Below are positions 40,631 through 49,205 of a stretch of DNA of 64,000 nucleotides, in pieces. A program made the position numbers and the translations under genes. The notes beneath the pieces are model-generated. The model saw only the letters and a list, made by a program, of their open reading frames with translations. It made no database searches and was not told the origin of the DNA. The stretch is from Patescibacteria group bacterium (GTDB taxonomy: Bacteria > Patescibacteriota > Microgenomatia > PFEM01 > JAHIFH01). The stretch spans positions 521-64,520 of the forward strand of contig DATKWU010000005.1 in assembly GCA_035529375.1 (NCBI GenBank), in the 5' to 3' direction. Each line of letters opens with the position of its first letter. The first letter of the stretch is position 1.

Positions 40631-41613
40631 GTTAGCTTTTGATATAGTTTGACTACGTTTTCAATATGATATGGTTCCGCCATTTTGATTAATTTTTCAG
40701 GCCATTGATCGTATTCTGCTTTTAACTTTTTAACTCCTGCCAGCAGTTCTTTCATATTGTTGGCAGGCAGATAGTAACCTTCAATTTCTTTGTAGCTTTT
40801 TAGCGGGTAGGCAACGGTAGGAACTCCAAATGAGGCGGCATTGATAATTTTAGTGGGTGTTTTGTGAATGCTCTGATCTCCCAACTCCCAGCCCCCGATT
40901 ACCAAAATGTCAATGTTTTTGTAAAAATTAGCAGCATCTTCCCTCCCTTCAAACTTAAAACAAGTAACAAAATCAAAACCTATTTCTTTAACGGCCCTCC
41001 CTATTCGCCCATATATTTCTCTCGCAATTGGCGAAACGCTTCCGGTATATCCACAAGTATTAACTTCCTTCCGTTCTCTTCTTTGCCCTTCCCAATTGAG
41101 GTGGTGATGAGGGATAAGAACGACTTTGTTCGCTAAATGATTTTTCAGCCAATCGTAACTTCTCTTTGAGGCGGCGATTAAATTAATCCCTGGTCTTTTT
41201 TTCAGCTTTTTAATAAACTTGCCTCCATCCAAAACATCTACCCAGTCGCCATCCTCAATATCGTCTAAATTACTTGGCTTAAGATAAATGCAGACATCGT
41301 TCTTGTATTTTTTCTTTGGGTTAATTCTGGCACCCAAAAACTTAGCCATCTGATATCCTCTTATTTCTGTTGAAAGATAGCCTCCATGCTTCTTAGGCCA
41401 AAAAATGCTAATCATCCTTTCTTTGATATTCCTTCTTTCATCGAAATATTCGTTGATAGCATTGACCAGCTCTGAACTAAATCTTTTTAAATCCTGAAGT
41501 TCCTTGGCGTCTTTTTTTGTGCGTTTATCTCTTTGAACTTTATCGACCAAATGAAATATTTTAATGTTGGTTATTCCCAGTTCGTCAATTAATGCTCCTA
41601 TTGTCTTTTTCAT
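40627..41613 (-). CDS. Small helical (DUF4254-like) domain fused to a GT-B-like glycosyltransferase domain
   Basis: N-terminal TIGALIDELGITNIKIFHL; C-terminal KTPTKIINAASFGVPTVA...YHIENVVKLY. Confidence 0.55.
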   Translation of the reverse strand: MKKTIGALIDELGITNIKIFHLVDKVQRDKRTKKDAKELQDLKRFSSELVNAINEYFDERRNIKERMISIFWPKKHGGYLSTEIRGYQMAKFLGARINPKKKYKNDVCIYLKPSNLDDIEDGDWVDVLDGGKFIKKLKKRPGINLIAASKRSYDWLKNHLANKVVLIPHHHLNWEGQRRERKEVNTCGYTGSVSPIAREIYGRIGRAVKEIGFDFVTCFKFEGREDAANFYKNIDILVIGGWELGDQSIHKTPTKIINAASFGVPTVAYPLKSYKEIEGYYLPANNMKELLAGVKKLKAEYDQWPEKLIKMAEPYHIENVVKLYQKLT

Positions 41614-42272
41614 ACAAACTTTCTCCTTAAATTTTTTGCTTTTCCCCAAATGGGAATATCATAAGCTCTTACTGGCCAAGGATATTTTCTTCTTCTTTGA
41701 TTTAATTTATCCATCGATTTCTGGTGGTAAAAACTAACTACTGGCGCTTTGGTATAAAATGTTTCAGCTTTTATCAAATCATATTTAAGCATTACCCGTT
41801 TATCTCCTAATTCCCCATGTAAACCATGACGCATCTTATCCAAGTTTTGAAGCCTATTTTCAATTGCTTTTATTATTGCGTTACGAGTGGCTATCATCAA
41901 CCCACCACCACAACGGGGCTTATGAAAATAGTATGATCTCCCCCATGTAAAAAGATGCCACCTATTCAGATTGTAAAAGAACCCTTCTTTATTTGGTCTA
42001 AATTGAAAGTGTTGTTCAGGATAAAGAGTGTCATCGTCTGCTATGGCTATGTAGGGAGTTTTAGCTAGCTTTGCCCCCCTTAACTTTTGCTCAAAGAGAT
42101 TTACTACCCCGTATTCCGTCTGAATCAAGTTCTTTCCCCAATCTAATGGCTTGCGTGAAATAGTAATTATTGGGCAACCACCAGACGCTTCCAATAGTTT
42201 TTCCTTATGAAACTCCGCCCACTTTTCAGGCACTAGGTTTGGTGTACACATTATTATTGTTAAATCCTTCAT
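41610..42272 (-). CDS. GT-A fold glycosyltransferase-like protein
   Basis: DLTIIMCT and YIAIADDDTLYP (DDD motif). Confidence 0.65.
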   Translation of the reverse strand: MKDLTIIMCTPNLVPEKWAEFHKEKLLEASGGCPIITISRKPLDWGKNLIQTEYGVVNLFEQKLRGAKLAKTPYIAIADDDTLYPEQHFQFRPNKEGFFYNLNRWHLFTWGRSYYFHKPRCGGGLMIATRNAIIKAIENRLQNLDKMRHGLHGELGDKRVMLKYDLIKAETFYTKAPVVSFYHQKSMDKLNQRRRKYPWPVRAYDIPIWGKAKNLRRKFV

Positions 42273-42553
42273 AGTAGTTTTCGGTAAAAATCTTTATTTA
42301 TCTTGGTAAAACCTACCTTCTCATATAATTTTTTGGCTGGTAGATTATCTTTATTCACTACCAATTCTACTGAATCCACATTTTTATCTTTAGCCAATGC
42401 CAATGCCTTATCAAGCAATTCAGTTCCAATGCCCATTCTCCGATGTGCCTTCTCGACTTCAACCACATCTATTATCATCACGTTAGCCTTCCCATTGTTA
42501 TAGAAAGTGCATAAACACGACCCGCTTTTTACCTTTATTTTTTGCTGTTCCAT
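42269..42553 (-). CDS. GNAT acetyltransferase
   Basis: HRRMGIGTELL and NLPAKKLYEKVGF. Confidence 0.9.
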   Translation of the reverse strand: MEQQKIKVKSGSCLCTFYNNGKANVMIIDVVEVEKAHRRMGIGTELLDKALALAKDKNVDSVELVVNKDNLPAKKLYEKVGFTKINKDFYRKLL

Positions 42554-43614
42554 TTATTAAATGTCTCCCCTATGTAATTAACATCTTCTATCGTTATCCG
42601 ACTATGAAGCGGAAGATAGAAATACTTATCTTCCAACCTATTCATATTCGGCAATTCCTGTTTCTTCTTACCAAACACTTCAAAGATGTCGTTCCTCAGT
42701 TGAACCAAGTCGCACTCAATGCCATTCTCTCGAAGGTATCTTATTAGCTCATCCCTTTCGTCTGACAGAATCATAAATAGCCAATAAGAACCACCACATA
42801 TCTTCCTATAAGAGGATAACTTTTTCATATAGGCTTCACATAAAGTTTTCCTGTACTCTAGGATTTCGTCTGTGTATTTAAGTCCTATTAATCCCAAGGT
42901 GGCGGCGATATCGTTCATATGGAACTTATAACCAGCCTCTTTAATTTCTTGAGCCATCTGGTGATTAACAACGCATCTCCACCCTGCTCGCTTTTTGGCT
43001 TCTCTGTCAATACCAAACCACCTTAATCTTTTAGCCCGATTGTAAATCTGTTTATTCCTAACCACCAACATCCCACCATCACCAGTAGTAAAATGCTTAA
43101 TCGCCTGAAAAGAGTAACAAATATAATCCCCATAGTCCTCACTTATTCCAAGTGACTGGGCAGCATCTATTACAACTGGCACTCCGTAACGCTTGGCGAT
43201 AGTAAAGATTCTCTTATCAACCTGAAGTCCACCCAAATTGACTACCACCAATGCCTTTGTTTTGTTACTTATTTTTTTCTTGACATCATCATAGTTCACC
43301 AAAAAATCTTCGTTAATATCTAAAAAATTAATATTGGCTTCTCTGTGGAGTAACGGCAGATTAGTTGCGGTACAAGTAAAAACAGCAGTTAAAACTTCAT
43401 CACCGCTCCCAATCCCGATAAGATGATATGCTAGTTCCAAGGCAGCCGAACCACTATTTACGCCTAGGCAATATCCATAGCCAAATTTCTTCCCAAAGGC
43501 TTTCTCAAATTCCTCTACTTTCGGTCCTTGCCCAAGCCATCTGGTATCGAATATCTTGGATAACTCCTCTAACCATTCTTCTTTATATATTTGTGGATGA
43601 AATAACTGAATCAC
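42535..43614 (-). CDS. DegT/DnrJ/EryC1/StrS sugar aminotransferase
   Basis: NSGSAALELA, IDAAQS, YSFQAIKHFTTGDGG and GYKFHMND. Confidence 0.92.
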   Translation of the reverse strand: MIQLFHPQIYKEEWLEELSKIFDTRWLGQGPKVEEFEKAFGKKFGYGYCLGVNSGSAALELAYHLIGIGSGDEVLTAVFTCTATNLPLLHREANINFLDINEDFLVNYDDVKKKISNKTKALVVVNLGGLQVDKRIFTIAKRYGVPVVIDAAQSLGISEDYGDYICYSFQAIKHFTTGDGGMLVVRNKQIYNRAKRLRWFGIDREAKKRAGWRCVVNHQMAQEIKEAGYKFHMNDIAATLGLIGLKYTDEILEYRKTLCEAYMKKLSSYRKICGGSYWLFMILSDERDELIRYLRENGIECDLVQLRNDIFEVFGKKKQELPNMNRLEDKYFYLPLHSRITIEDVNYIGETFNKWNSKK

Positions 43615-44528
43615 TATACCCTCCTTACAATTGTTGTCTTGTAACCAAGATGTTCCAAAATTTCCTTTCGGTGGTTGCCGTCAAGGATTTTGTAATGCTT
43701 ATTAACGATAATCGGCTCCTTGATGCCAAACTTTTTAACATCCCAATACATTCTTACCTTGTCATACATCCATTTTTCCAAATCCTCTCGTGGCTTGCGT
43801 CGGTGTTTTTTACAAAACATCTTAAAATATCTGGTCTGTAGAGGATGAACTCCTTGGTCTAATTCCGAATAATACATTCCCTGAACGTGATTACCCCTGA
43901 GCAACTTATTTAGTTCCACCCTTTCTAAACATGGGTTTTTAAAGCAATAAGATTCCAAACTCCTCGGGCGGGGATCGTCCTCCGTTGAGAGTTGGGGAAC
44001 ATGGCTAACTAACTCCCAATTTTTAAAATACCTTAAGATATTATGTTTATATCCTGAGGCCATACAAAAGTATTCTTTTTTACGAATGGCGGTGATAATG
44101 CAATACCTTGCCTTTTTTTGGAGGATATCCAATAAATCAAGCCATTCCTGAACCAACAAATAGTAGTGCGAGTTGATAAAGGACATGTAGTCAGCCACAG
44201 GTATCGCATCGATCAAATCCTGCATCCGACCACATCTCAAACTATACCTACCGCTAACTTTGGCCTGATAAGCCAATCCTCTTTCAACCGCTTCAGGATT
44301 AAATTCAGTCCCTACCACTCTCTCAAACCCCATATCTTCAGCAAATTTCAAAAACAAACCAGCATTGGTACCCATATCTACATAGGTTAGGCCTTTAACG
44401 TTCCCGTTAAAGTGGGGAACGACATAATTATTCCACTTACTTTTGCCCCAAAACTTACTGTTAATCTGTTTATCAGTCAGATCAGTTTTAACCCCATCCT
44501 CTAAATACTGGTAGTTAGTAAATTTCAT
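43614..44528 (-). CDS. SAM methyltransferase-like domain fused to a C-terminal ParB/Srx-like domain
   Basis: YVDMGTNAGLF; C-terminal GIKEPIIVN...ILDGNHR. Confidence 0.65.
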   Translation of the reverse strand: MKFTNYQYLEDGVKTDLTDKQINSKFWGKSKWNNYVVPHFNGNVKGLTYVDMGTNAGLFLKFAEDMGFERVVGTEFNPEAVERGLAYQAKVSGRYSLRCGRMQDLIDAIPVADYMSFINSHYYLLVQEWLDLLDILQKKARYCIITAIRKKEYFCMASGYKHNILRYFKNWELVSHVPQLSTEDDPRPRSLESYCFKNPCLERVELNKLLRGNHVQGMYYSELDQGVHPLQTRYFKMFCKKHRRKPREDLEKWMYDKVRMYWDVKKFGIKEPIIVNKHYKILDGNHRKEILEHLGYKTTIVRRV

Positions 44529-45331
44529 TTGAACCACTTAGGTACAATTTCTTTTTCATAATAATCACGCCAAATTTTTAAAGTGTAAGCAAACCCATCT
44601 CTAGCTTCTTGGCCACCGTAGCCATGAGTCCGGGGGAATTTGCGGTGTTTGTGGGCGTGCCAAGTGTTTTTGTTGACCATCAACTTTCCGCCCGCTTGCC
44701 AAGTTTTGAACTGCATTTCGTGTGAATCTTGGTAGTGGGTTCCATACCCTCCGCTTTGCAGTTCGCCAATGACCTCATCCCACCATTTTTTCTTCATCAC
44801 CCAACAAGACCCCTGCATTGCCATCGTTTCATCCAACACGATTTCTTTCCTTTCTTTAGCTCTCCTCGGCCAATTAAGACCTGAAAACTTTTCTGTTTTG
44901 CCTCCTTTACCATCGCTGACTTTGCCGATAATTAACTTCATATAATCAACTGGGGGAATATCCATTACCTCCCATTTCTCAACATCCAGAAAGTAGCGTC
45001 TTGGGGTAACAATCCAGCTGTGTTTAATTTGGGAAGTTAATATCTTGTCATAGCCTTTGGCAAAAGTGGCGTGTTCGTCTGTCCGCATAATGTATTTGCC
45101 CCGAGCAACTCTTATACCGCAGTTGATGGCGTTCCTCATGCCCTGATTTTTGCCAAGATGAATCACTCTTAGGCGGGGGTCATCTTTTAATTGGGGGTTG
45201 GGCCAATAGCCGTCCAAAATAGCGATTACCTCAAGTCTTTCTCCCAAGACAGAGTTTGCCAATAGAGAATCGGTCGTCTTTTGGAGCAGAGGATCCTTGT
45301 AACTTGGAATGATCACCGATAGATTTATCAT
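44525..45331 (-). CDS. Glycosyltransferase family 2
   Basis: LSVIIPSY, MRTDEH, QGSCW and WHAHK; paralog of 36559-37653. Confidence 0.85.
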   Translation of the reverse strand: MINLSVIIPSYKDPLLQKTTDSLLANSVLGERLEVIAILDGYWPNPQLKDDPRLRVIHLGKNQGMRNAINCGIRVARGKYIMRTDEHATFAKGYDKILTSQIKHSWIVTPRRYFLDVEKWEVMDIPPVDYMKLIIGKVSDGKGGKTEKFSGLNWPRRAKERKEIVLDETMAMQGSCWVMKKKWWDEVIGELQSGGYGTHYQDSHEMQFKTWQAGGKLMVNKNTWHAHKHRKFPRTHGYGGQEARDGFAYTLKIWRDYYEKEIVPKWFK

Positions 45332-45413
45332 TATTAATTTCTTTCCACCCTCTTAATAAGACAAGCCCCAACTTTAAGAAGATTGCCGGGGCAGCAAATT
45401 CGGCTCTCATCTT

Positions 45414-46064
45414 TTATAGGAAGACTCGATCATAGTAATCGTATTTCAGGTTTTCTCGAATATTCCAGCTGTTAGGAAAGTTTGATTGGCCTTTGGTATA
45501 ACGGAAAGAGCCCGCACCGCCTTCTTTCATAATAAACCAATTGCCTTTTGTGTCGATGAATCCGAAATAAGAGATTTCACTTTCGTCTATCTCGACAATT
45601 TGATAACCATCGGTGGGTTGAGTTTCGGCGGGATGGATCGTTTCGCCAGTGGGGGCTTTGAGAGCCATGACTCCTGAATCTGGAGCTCCTCCTATTAGCA
45701 AACCCTCAGTCTTTCTGGCAAGAATGGAGTAGATGAAGTAAGAAATGCCAGCACCGGCGGCTAATTTGAGAAAGGCACGCTTGTCGAGATCGACAATCAC
45801 GGGCTTCTCTGCCTTCTCTTTTTTTTCATTTACTGATGGAGGTGGGGTTGATAATTTTTGGGAGTGAATAACATTGGCTTTCCGCGGAAAAAGGATTAAG
45901 CCAAAGTAGACTAGTAAGGGATAGAAGACAGCAACAATGATCAATTGTTTGTAAGAAACGGCAGTGATAAAAGCAACTACCACTGCCAAGATAGCAATGA
46001 TAAAAATGGGGTAAAACATAAAATGTCTTTTGTTCAGGACGGTATTTGTATGTGTTTGTTGCAT
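45414..46064 (-). CDS. Membrane protein with two N-terminal TMs, an internal Tat-like motif and an aromatic C-terminal domain
   Basis: DKRAFLK at aa 94-100, followed by hydrophobic LAAGAGISYFIYSIL. Confidence 0.65.
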   Translation of the reverse strand: MQQTHTNTVLNKRHFMFYPIFIIAILAVVVAFITAVSYKQLIIVAVFYPLLVYFGLILFPRKANVIHSQKLSTPPPSVNEKKEKAEKPVIVDLDKRAFLKLAAGAGISYFIYSILARKTEGLLIGGAPDSGVMALKAPTGETIHPAETQPTDGYQIVEIDESEISYFGFIDTKGNWFIMKEGGAGSFRYTKGQSNFPNSWNIRENLKYDYYDRVFL

Positions 46065-46078
46065 TAGTTTACCTTTTT

Positions 46079-47350
46079 TTATATTTCTTCTACTAATAGT
46101 TCTACAACGCTTGCTGATATAAAAGCAGTTGACCCATTATCGAGTTTAATTTCGTACCAACCTGAATTTTCGGAAACAAATTCAAAAGTGTCACCGTTTT
46201 TAGCTTCACCAATTACTTTTGAATCAGTTGTTGGACTTTGGCGAATGTTAGCGCTGGCTGATTCATCAATTTTAACTACCAGCATTGAGGTCTGTCCTAA
46301 AATTTGCGTTGAGGTCTGTTCCGGAGTTTGTGTAGGGGCCTGTTCCAAGGTTTGTGTAGAAGTCCGTCTTAAAATTTGTGTTGAAGCCTGTCCTAAAGCT
46401 TGTGTTAGAGACTGTTTCAAAGTTTGTGTTGAGACCTGTTCCGAGGCCTGATGGATGAGAGTGAGTATAGGGTTGTTTCTTTGGGTGGAGGAAAACCGAA
46501 TGTTCAGAAAACTAGAAGTAAAAAGAACCGCGAAGAAAAAAGAAGCGGCAGCAAACTCAGGGATCCTTTGGTAGATTTTTAATGGAGCGTAAGCCACTGT
46601 TCCTCTGGTAACGTTTCTCTTTGCAAGCGTAAGCATATTCTTTTCAAGATAGCCTGATTCTTTTTCAATAATTATCCTTTCAAGTAATCTTTTTTCCCTT
46701 TGGTTGAGGTTATATTTTTCAACAAAATCTTTATAGCTTTTAATGCCTTTAAGAAACTCATTTTTAAAATTTTCAAAAAATGATAAGACGGTACTTGCTT
46801 TAACCCAGGAAGTTTTTCTTTTACCCAAATAGTCTGCATAAGATGAATAACTGTCAATTAAATTATTACCTTTTTCTTCTTGGAGATGTTGGTGGAGGTA
46901 ATGAGTCATGTTTAGCAGACAGGTGGCATCATTGATAGATACTGATTTATAAGGTCCGCCGAAAAGAGAACCTTGACGCTGATATTTTTTATTGAAATAG
47001 ATAGAGTATTTTGTTGATAGAGACCTCATAAAACCCTCAAGAGAGTCTTTGGCGATTGGACATAAGAGCAAATGAAAATGATCAGGTGTTAGACAATAAG
47101 CAATTAGTTCAACTTTATTGAAATAATTTTTAGGTTGATGCGGTACGCCCCGAAAAGCGCGCCCTTTGACAGTGAAGGTTTTCTGGAGATCTTCAGATTT
47201 TTTGGGAAGAGTCAAATAGTCCTCCAGATGACTAAGAAAAACTTCGTAATCCTGTTTATCATTAAAGATGATTCCGTTTGCAATCCCCCGATTGTAGACA
47301 TGAAAGTAAATTTTACCTTTATTTGTTTTTTTAAGGCCTTGAGCAGTCAT
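46079..47350 (-). CDS. HUH Y1 (RAYT/IS200-like) transposase domain fused to a TM, Q/T-rich repeats and a bacterial SH3 domain
   Basis: FHVYNRG, AYCLTPDHFHLL, YFNKKY..GSLF and YSSY; TM; 8-aa QTSTQ-like repeats; ANIRQSPTTDSKVIG...GWYEIKL. Confidence 0.85.
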   Translation of the reverse strand: MTAQGLKKTNKGKIYFHVYNRGIANGIIFNDKQDYEVFLSHLEDYLTLPKKSEDLQKTFTVKGRAFRGVPHQPKNYFNKVELIAYCLTPDHFHLLLCPIAKDSLEGFMRSLSTKYSIYFNKKYQRQGSLFGGPYKSVSINDATCLLNMTHYLHQHLQEEKGNNLIDSYSSYADYLGKRKTSWVKASTVLSFFENFKNEFLKGIKSYKDFVEKYNLNQREKRLLERIIIEKESGYLEKNMLTLAKRNVTRGTVAYAPLKIYQRIPEFAAASFFFAVLFTSSFLNIRFSSTQRNNPILTLIHQASEQVSTQTLKQSLTQALGQASTQILRRTSTQTLEQAPTQTPEQTSTQILGQTSMLVVKIDESASANIRQSPTTDSKVIGEAKNGDTFEFVSENSGWYEIKLDNGSTAFISASVVELLVEEI

Positions 47351-47391
47351 GTTTCAAACTTACCATGCGAACAAAGGGGTTACAAGTACCA

Positions 47392-47547
47392 ATTTGAGGC
47401 TAAAAAAACTGCCTTTAAAGGAGAAAAGATGTAAGGTTTATCTTGCAAGGAGTATTAAGGCGATCAAAAAAGCTAGGTAAATTAGGGCAAAACACTCGCT
47501 TTAAAGGAGAAAAGGTTTTAAGCTTTATCTTGCAAGGATTATTCAGG
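47392..47547. repeat. Imperfect direct repeat (two copies, 86-nt period) with a palindromic CTTGCAAG core
   Basis: CTTTAAAGGAGAAAAG...TTTATCTTGCAAGGA.TATT.AGG at 47413 and 47499. Confidence 0.85.
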
Positions 47548-47847
47548 AGGTCACCAGCAGGAAGAAAGGAGTTTTGTGAGAATCTCGGAGTAGATAGGGC
47601 GCAATGGTTATCAGCATGACATACTAGATGATAATGTATGGAAAATTAATTAAATTTATGGATTTTTTCCTTCCTTCTTATGCCCTACCACCAGAAGACT
47701 AATCGGCTTTAAGTCCAGTCCCAACAATTCTTTCGTTTTTTTCATTAAATGATCCCGACCCTTACTCATTATTTTTTAATCTTTTTGTCTTCACTAGGAT
47801 CAATATTTAGAGAAATAAGCAAGTTTTTAAAGACTTTTGATTAAACC

Positions 47848-47876
47848 TTGACAAAGTTATAAATATTGATTATTCT
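47848..47876 (+). promoter_or_regulatory. Putative sigma70 promoter
   Basis: TTGACA-17 nt-TATTCT, 37 nt before the ATG at 47914. Confidence 0.55.
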
Positions 47877-47913
47877 TTTTATTAGTACATTTTATTTTAT
47901 TTTCTTTAATCTT

Positions 47914-48228
47914 ATGCAACATCAAAAGAACTGGTTTACCATTTCAGAAGCGGCTAAACATCTTGGTGTCTCCCCTGATACTCTGCGTCGCTGGGAAAAA
48001 GCTAAAAAAATTCCTGCCCCAACAAGAACAGCTGGTGGTGCCCGACGTTATTCGAAAGATCTCTTAAACGAAATCCTAGGTAAAGGCAAGGAAGAAAAGA
48101 AAGCTAGTCAACCAACAAAACCAGAATCTCAAGGTAAATCTTCTAATAAAAAACAGCTTCTAATAGGCTTAATCGCGGCAATTACTACCATGGCTATCTT
48201 TCTCCCTCTTCTCTTTTTCCTTCTCTAA
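47914..48228 (+). CDS. MerR/excisionase-type HTH protein with a C-terminal TM
   Basis: FTISEAAKHLGVSPDTLRRWE...RTAGGARRYS; hydrophobic C-terminus. Confidence 0.85.
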   Translation: MQHQKNWFTISEAAKHLGVSPDTLRRWEKAKKIPAPTRTAGGARRYSKDLLNEILGKGKEEKKASQPTKPESQGKSSNKKQLLIGLIAAITTMAIFLPLLFFLL

Positions 48229-48389
48229 AAGTTAGGCAAAATTAATCTCCAAACCTCTCATTAAAAATATGAAAGAAAAGGATACTGCCTGCGCAGAATC
48301 CCAAAGTAAAAATATTTTACTCCTTCCTGGGCAGGAAAAATAAGATTTGATTTGGCAGGAATTGGACAGAAGTAGATATATTTTTTACC

Positions 48390-49205
48390 TTAATTAGAAG
48401 TTGATGTTAAGTAGTTTACTATCTTATCAGCAACATTAACTTTGCATAACTTATCATAAACCCTAAATTGAGGACTGCGATTAACCTCGATAACCATTAA
48501 TCTTTTTTTATCAGCTAGTAAATCTACTCCAGCAAACTCAACCTTAAAAACTTTAGTAGCTTTAAGAGCCAGACTTTCTATCTCATTTTGATCAACTTCT
48601 GGTCCTTTCCCCTCTTCTGAATTAACAAATCGCTCATTTGTTTTTCTTTCCATGATTCCTAGAGATTGATTACCCAAAACAATCACCCGCCAATAAACCG
48701 GAGTTTTGATTAATGGCTGGTAAAACCAGTTACCTGAATAGGATTTTTTTGCCTGCTCAATTTGTGGTTGATTTTCAACTCTTATCACTCTTTTTGAATG
48801 ACTGCCAAACTCGGCTTTAAGAATAGCCGGAAAAATTGGCTTATCCAAAGTAGGAATCGTTGGTAAATTATTCTCCTTCAAAACCTCTGCTTGTCTAATT
48901 TTACCTAACTTTGGCCAACTCAAATAAGCTTCCTTATTCAAACATCTAGTTCTCCTGGGTAAGGCTTTAATTAAGGCCATTTTTTCTCTTAGAAATGATT
49001 TTTTGTGACGATGAGCCGCTGAACGAGGAATAACAAAATCAAAATCCTCTAGCTCTAAACCTTGGGGTAAAAAAAGCTTGCTTTTGCTAAATTCTATATC
49101 TTGGTAATTGATGATTTCTGGTTTAATCCCCTTGTATTTAGCAGATTGAGCGAGCCTCTGAGGTTCATATTCAGGTGGAAAGCGAGTAAGAATAAGAAGC
49201 TTCAC
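48390..49205 (-). CDS. RimK-family ATP-grasp ligase
   Basis: ILKAEFGSHS, FAGVDLL and IEVNRSPQF. Confidence 0.8.
   Translation of the reverse strand: MKLLILTRFPPEYEPQRLAQSAKYKGIKPEIINYQDIEFSKSKLFLPQGLELEDFDFVIPRSAAHRHKKSFLREKMALIKALPRRTRCLNKEAYLSWPKLGKIRQAEVLKENNLPTIPTLDKPIFPAILKAEFGSHSKRVIRVENQPQIEQAKKSYSGNWFYQPLIKTPVYWRVIVLGNQSLGIMERKTNERFVNSEEGKGPEVDQNEIESLALKATKVFKVEFAGVDLLADKKRLMVIEVNRSPQFRVYDKLCKVNVADKIVNYLTSTSN

Noticed and set aside
46079-47350. Autonomous IS200/IS605 element
   Set aside because: No tnpB or clear terminal hairpins, and the domain is fused to TM-SH3
47392-47547. CRISPR array
   Set aside because: Only two imperfect copies, similarity extends into the supposed spacer, and no cas genes
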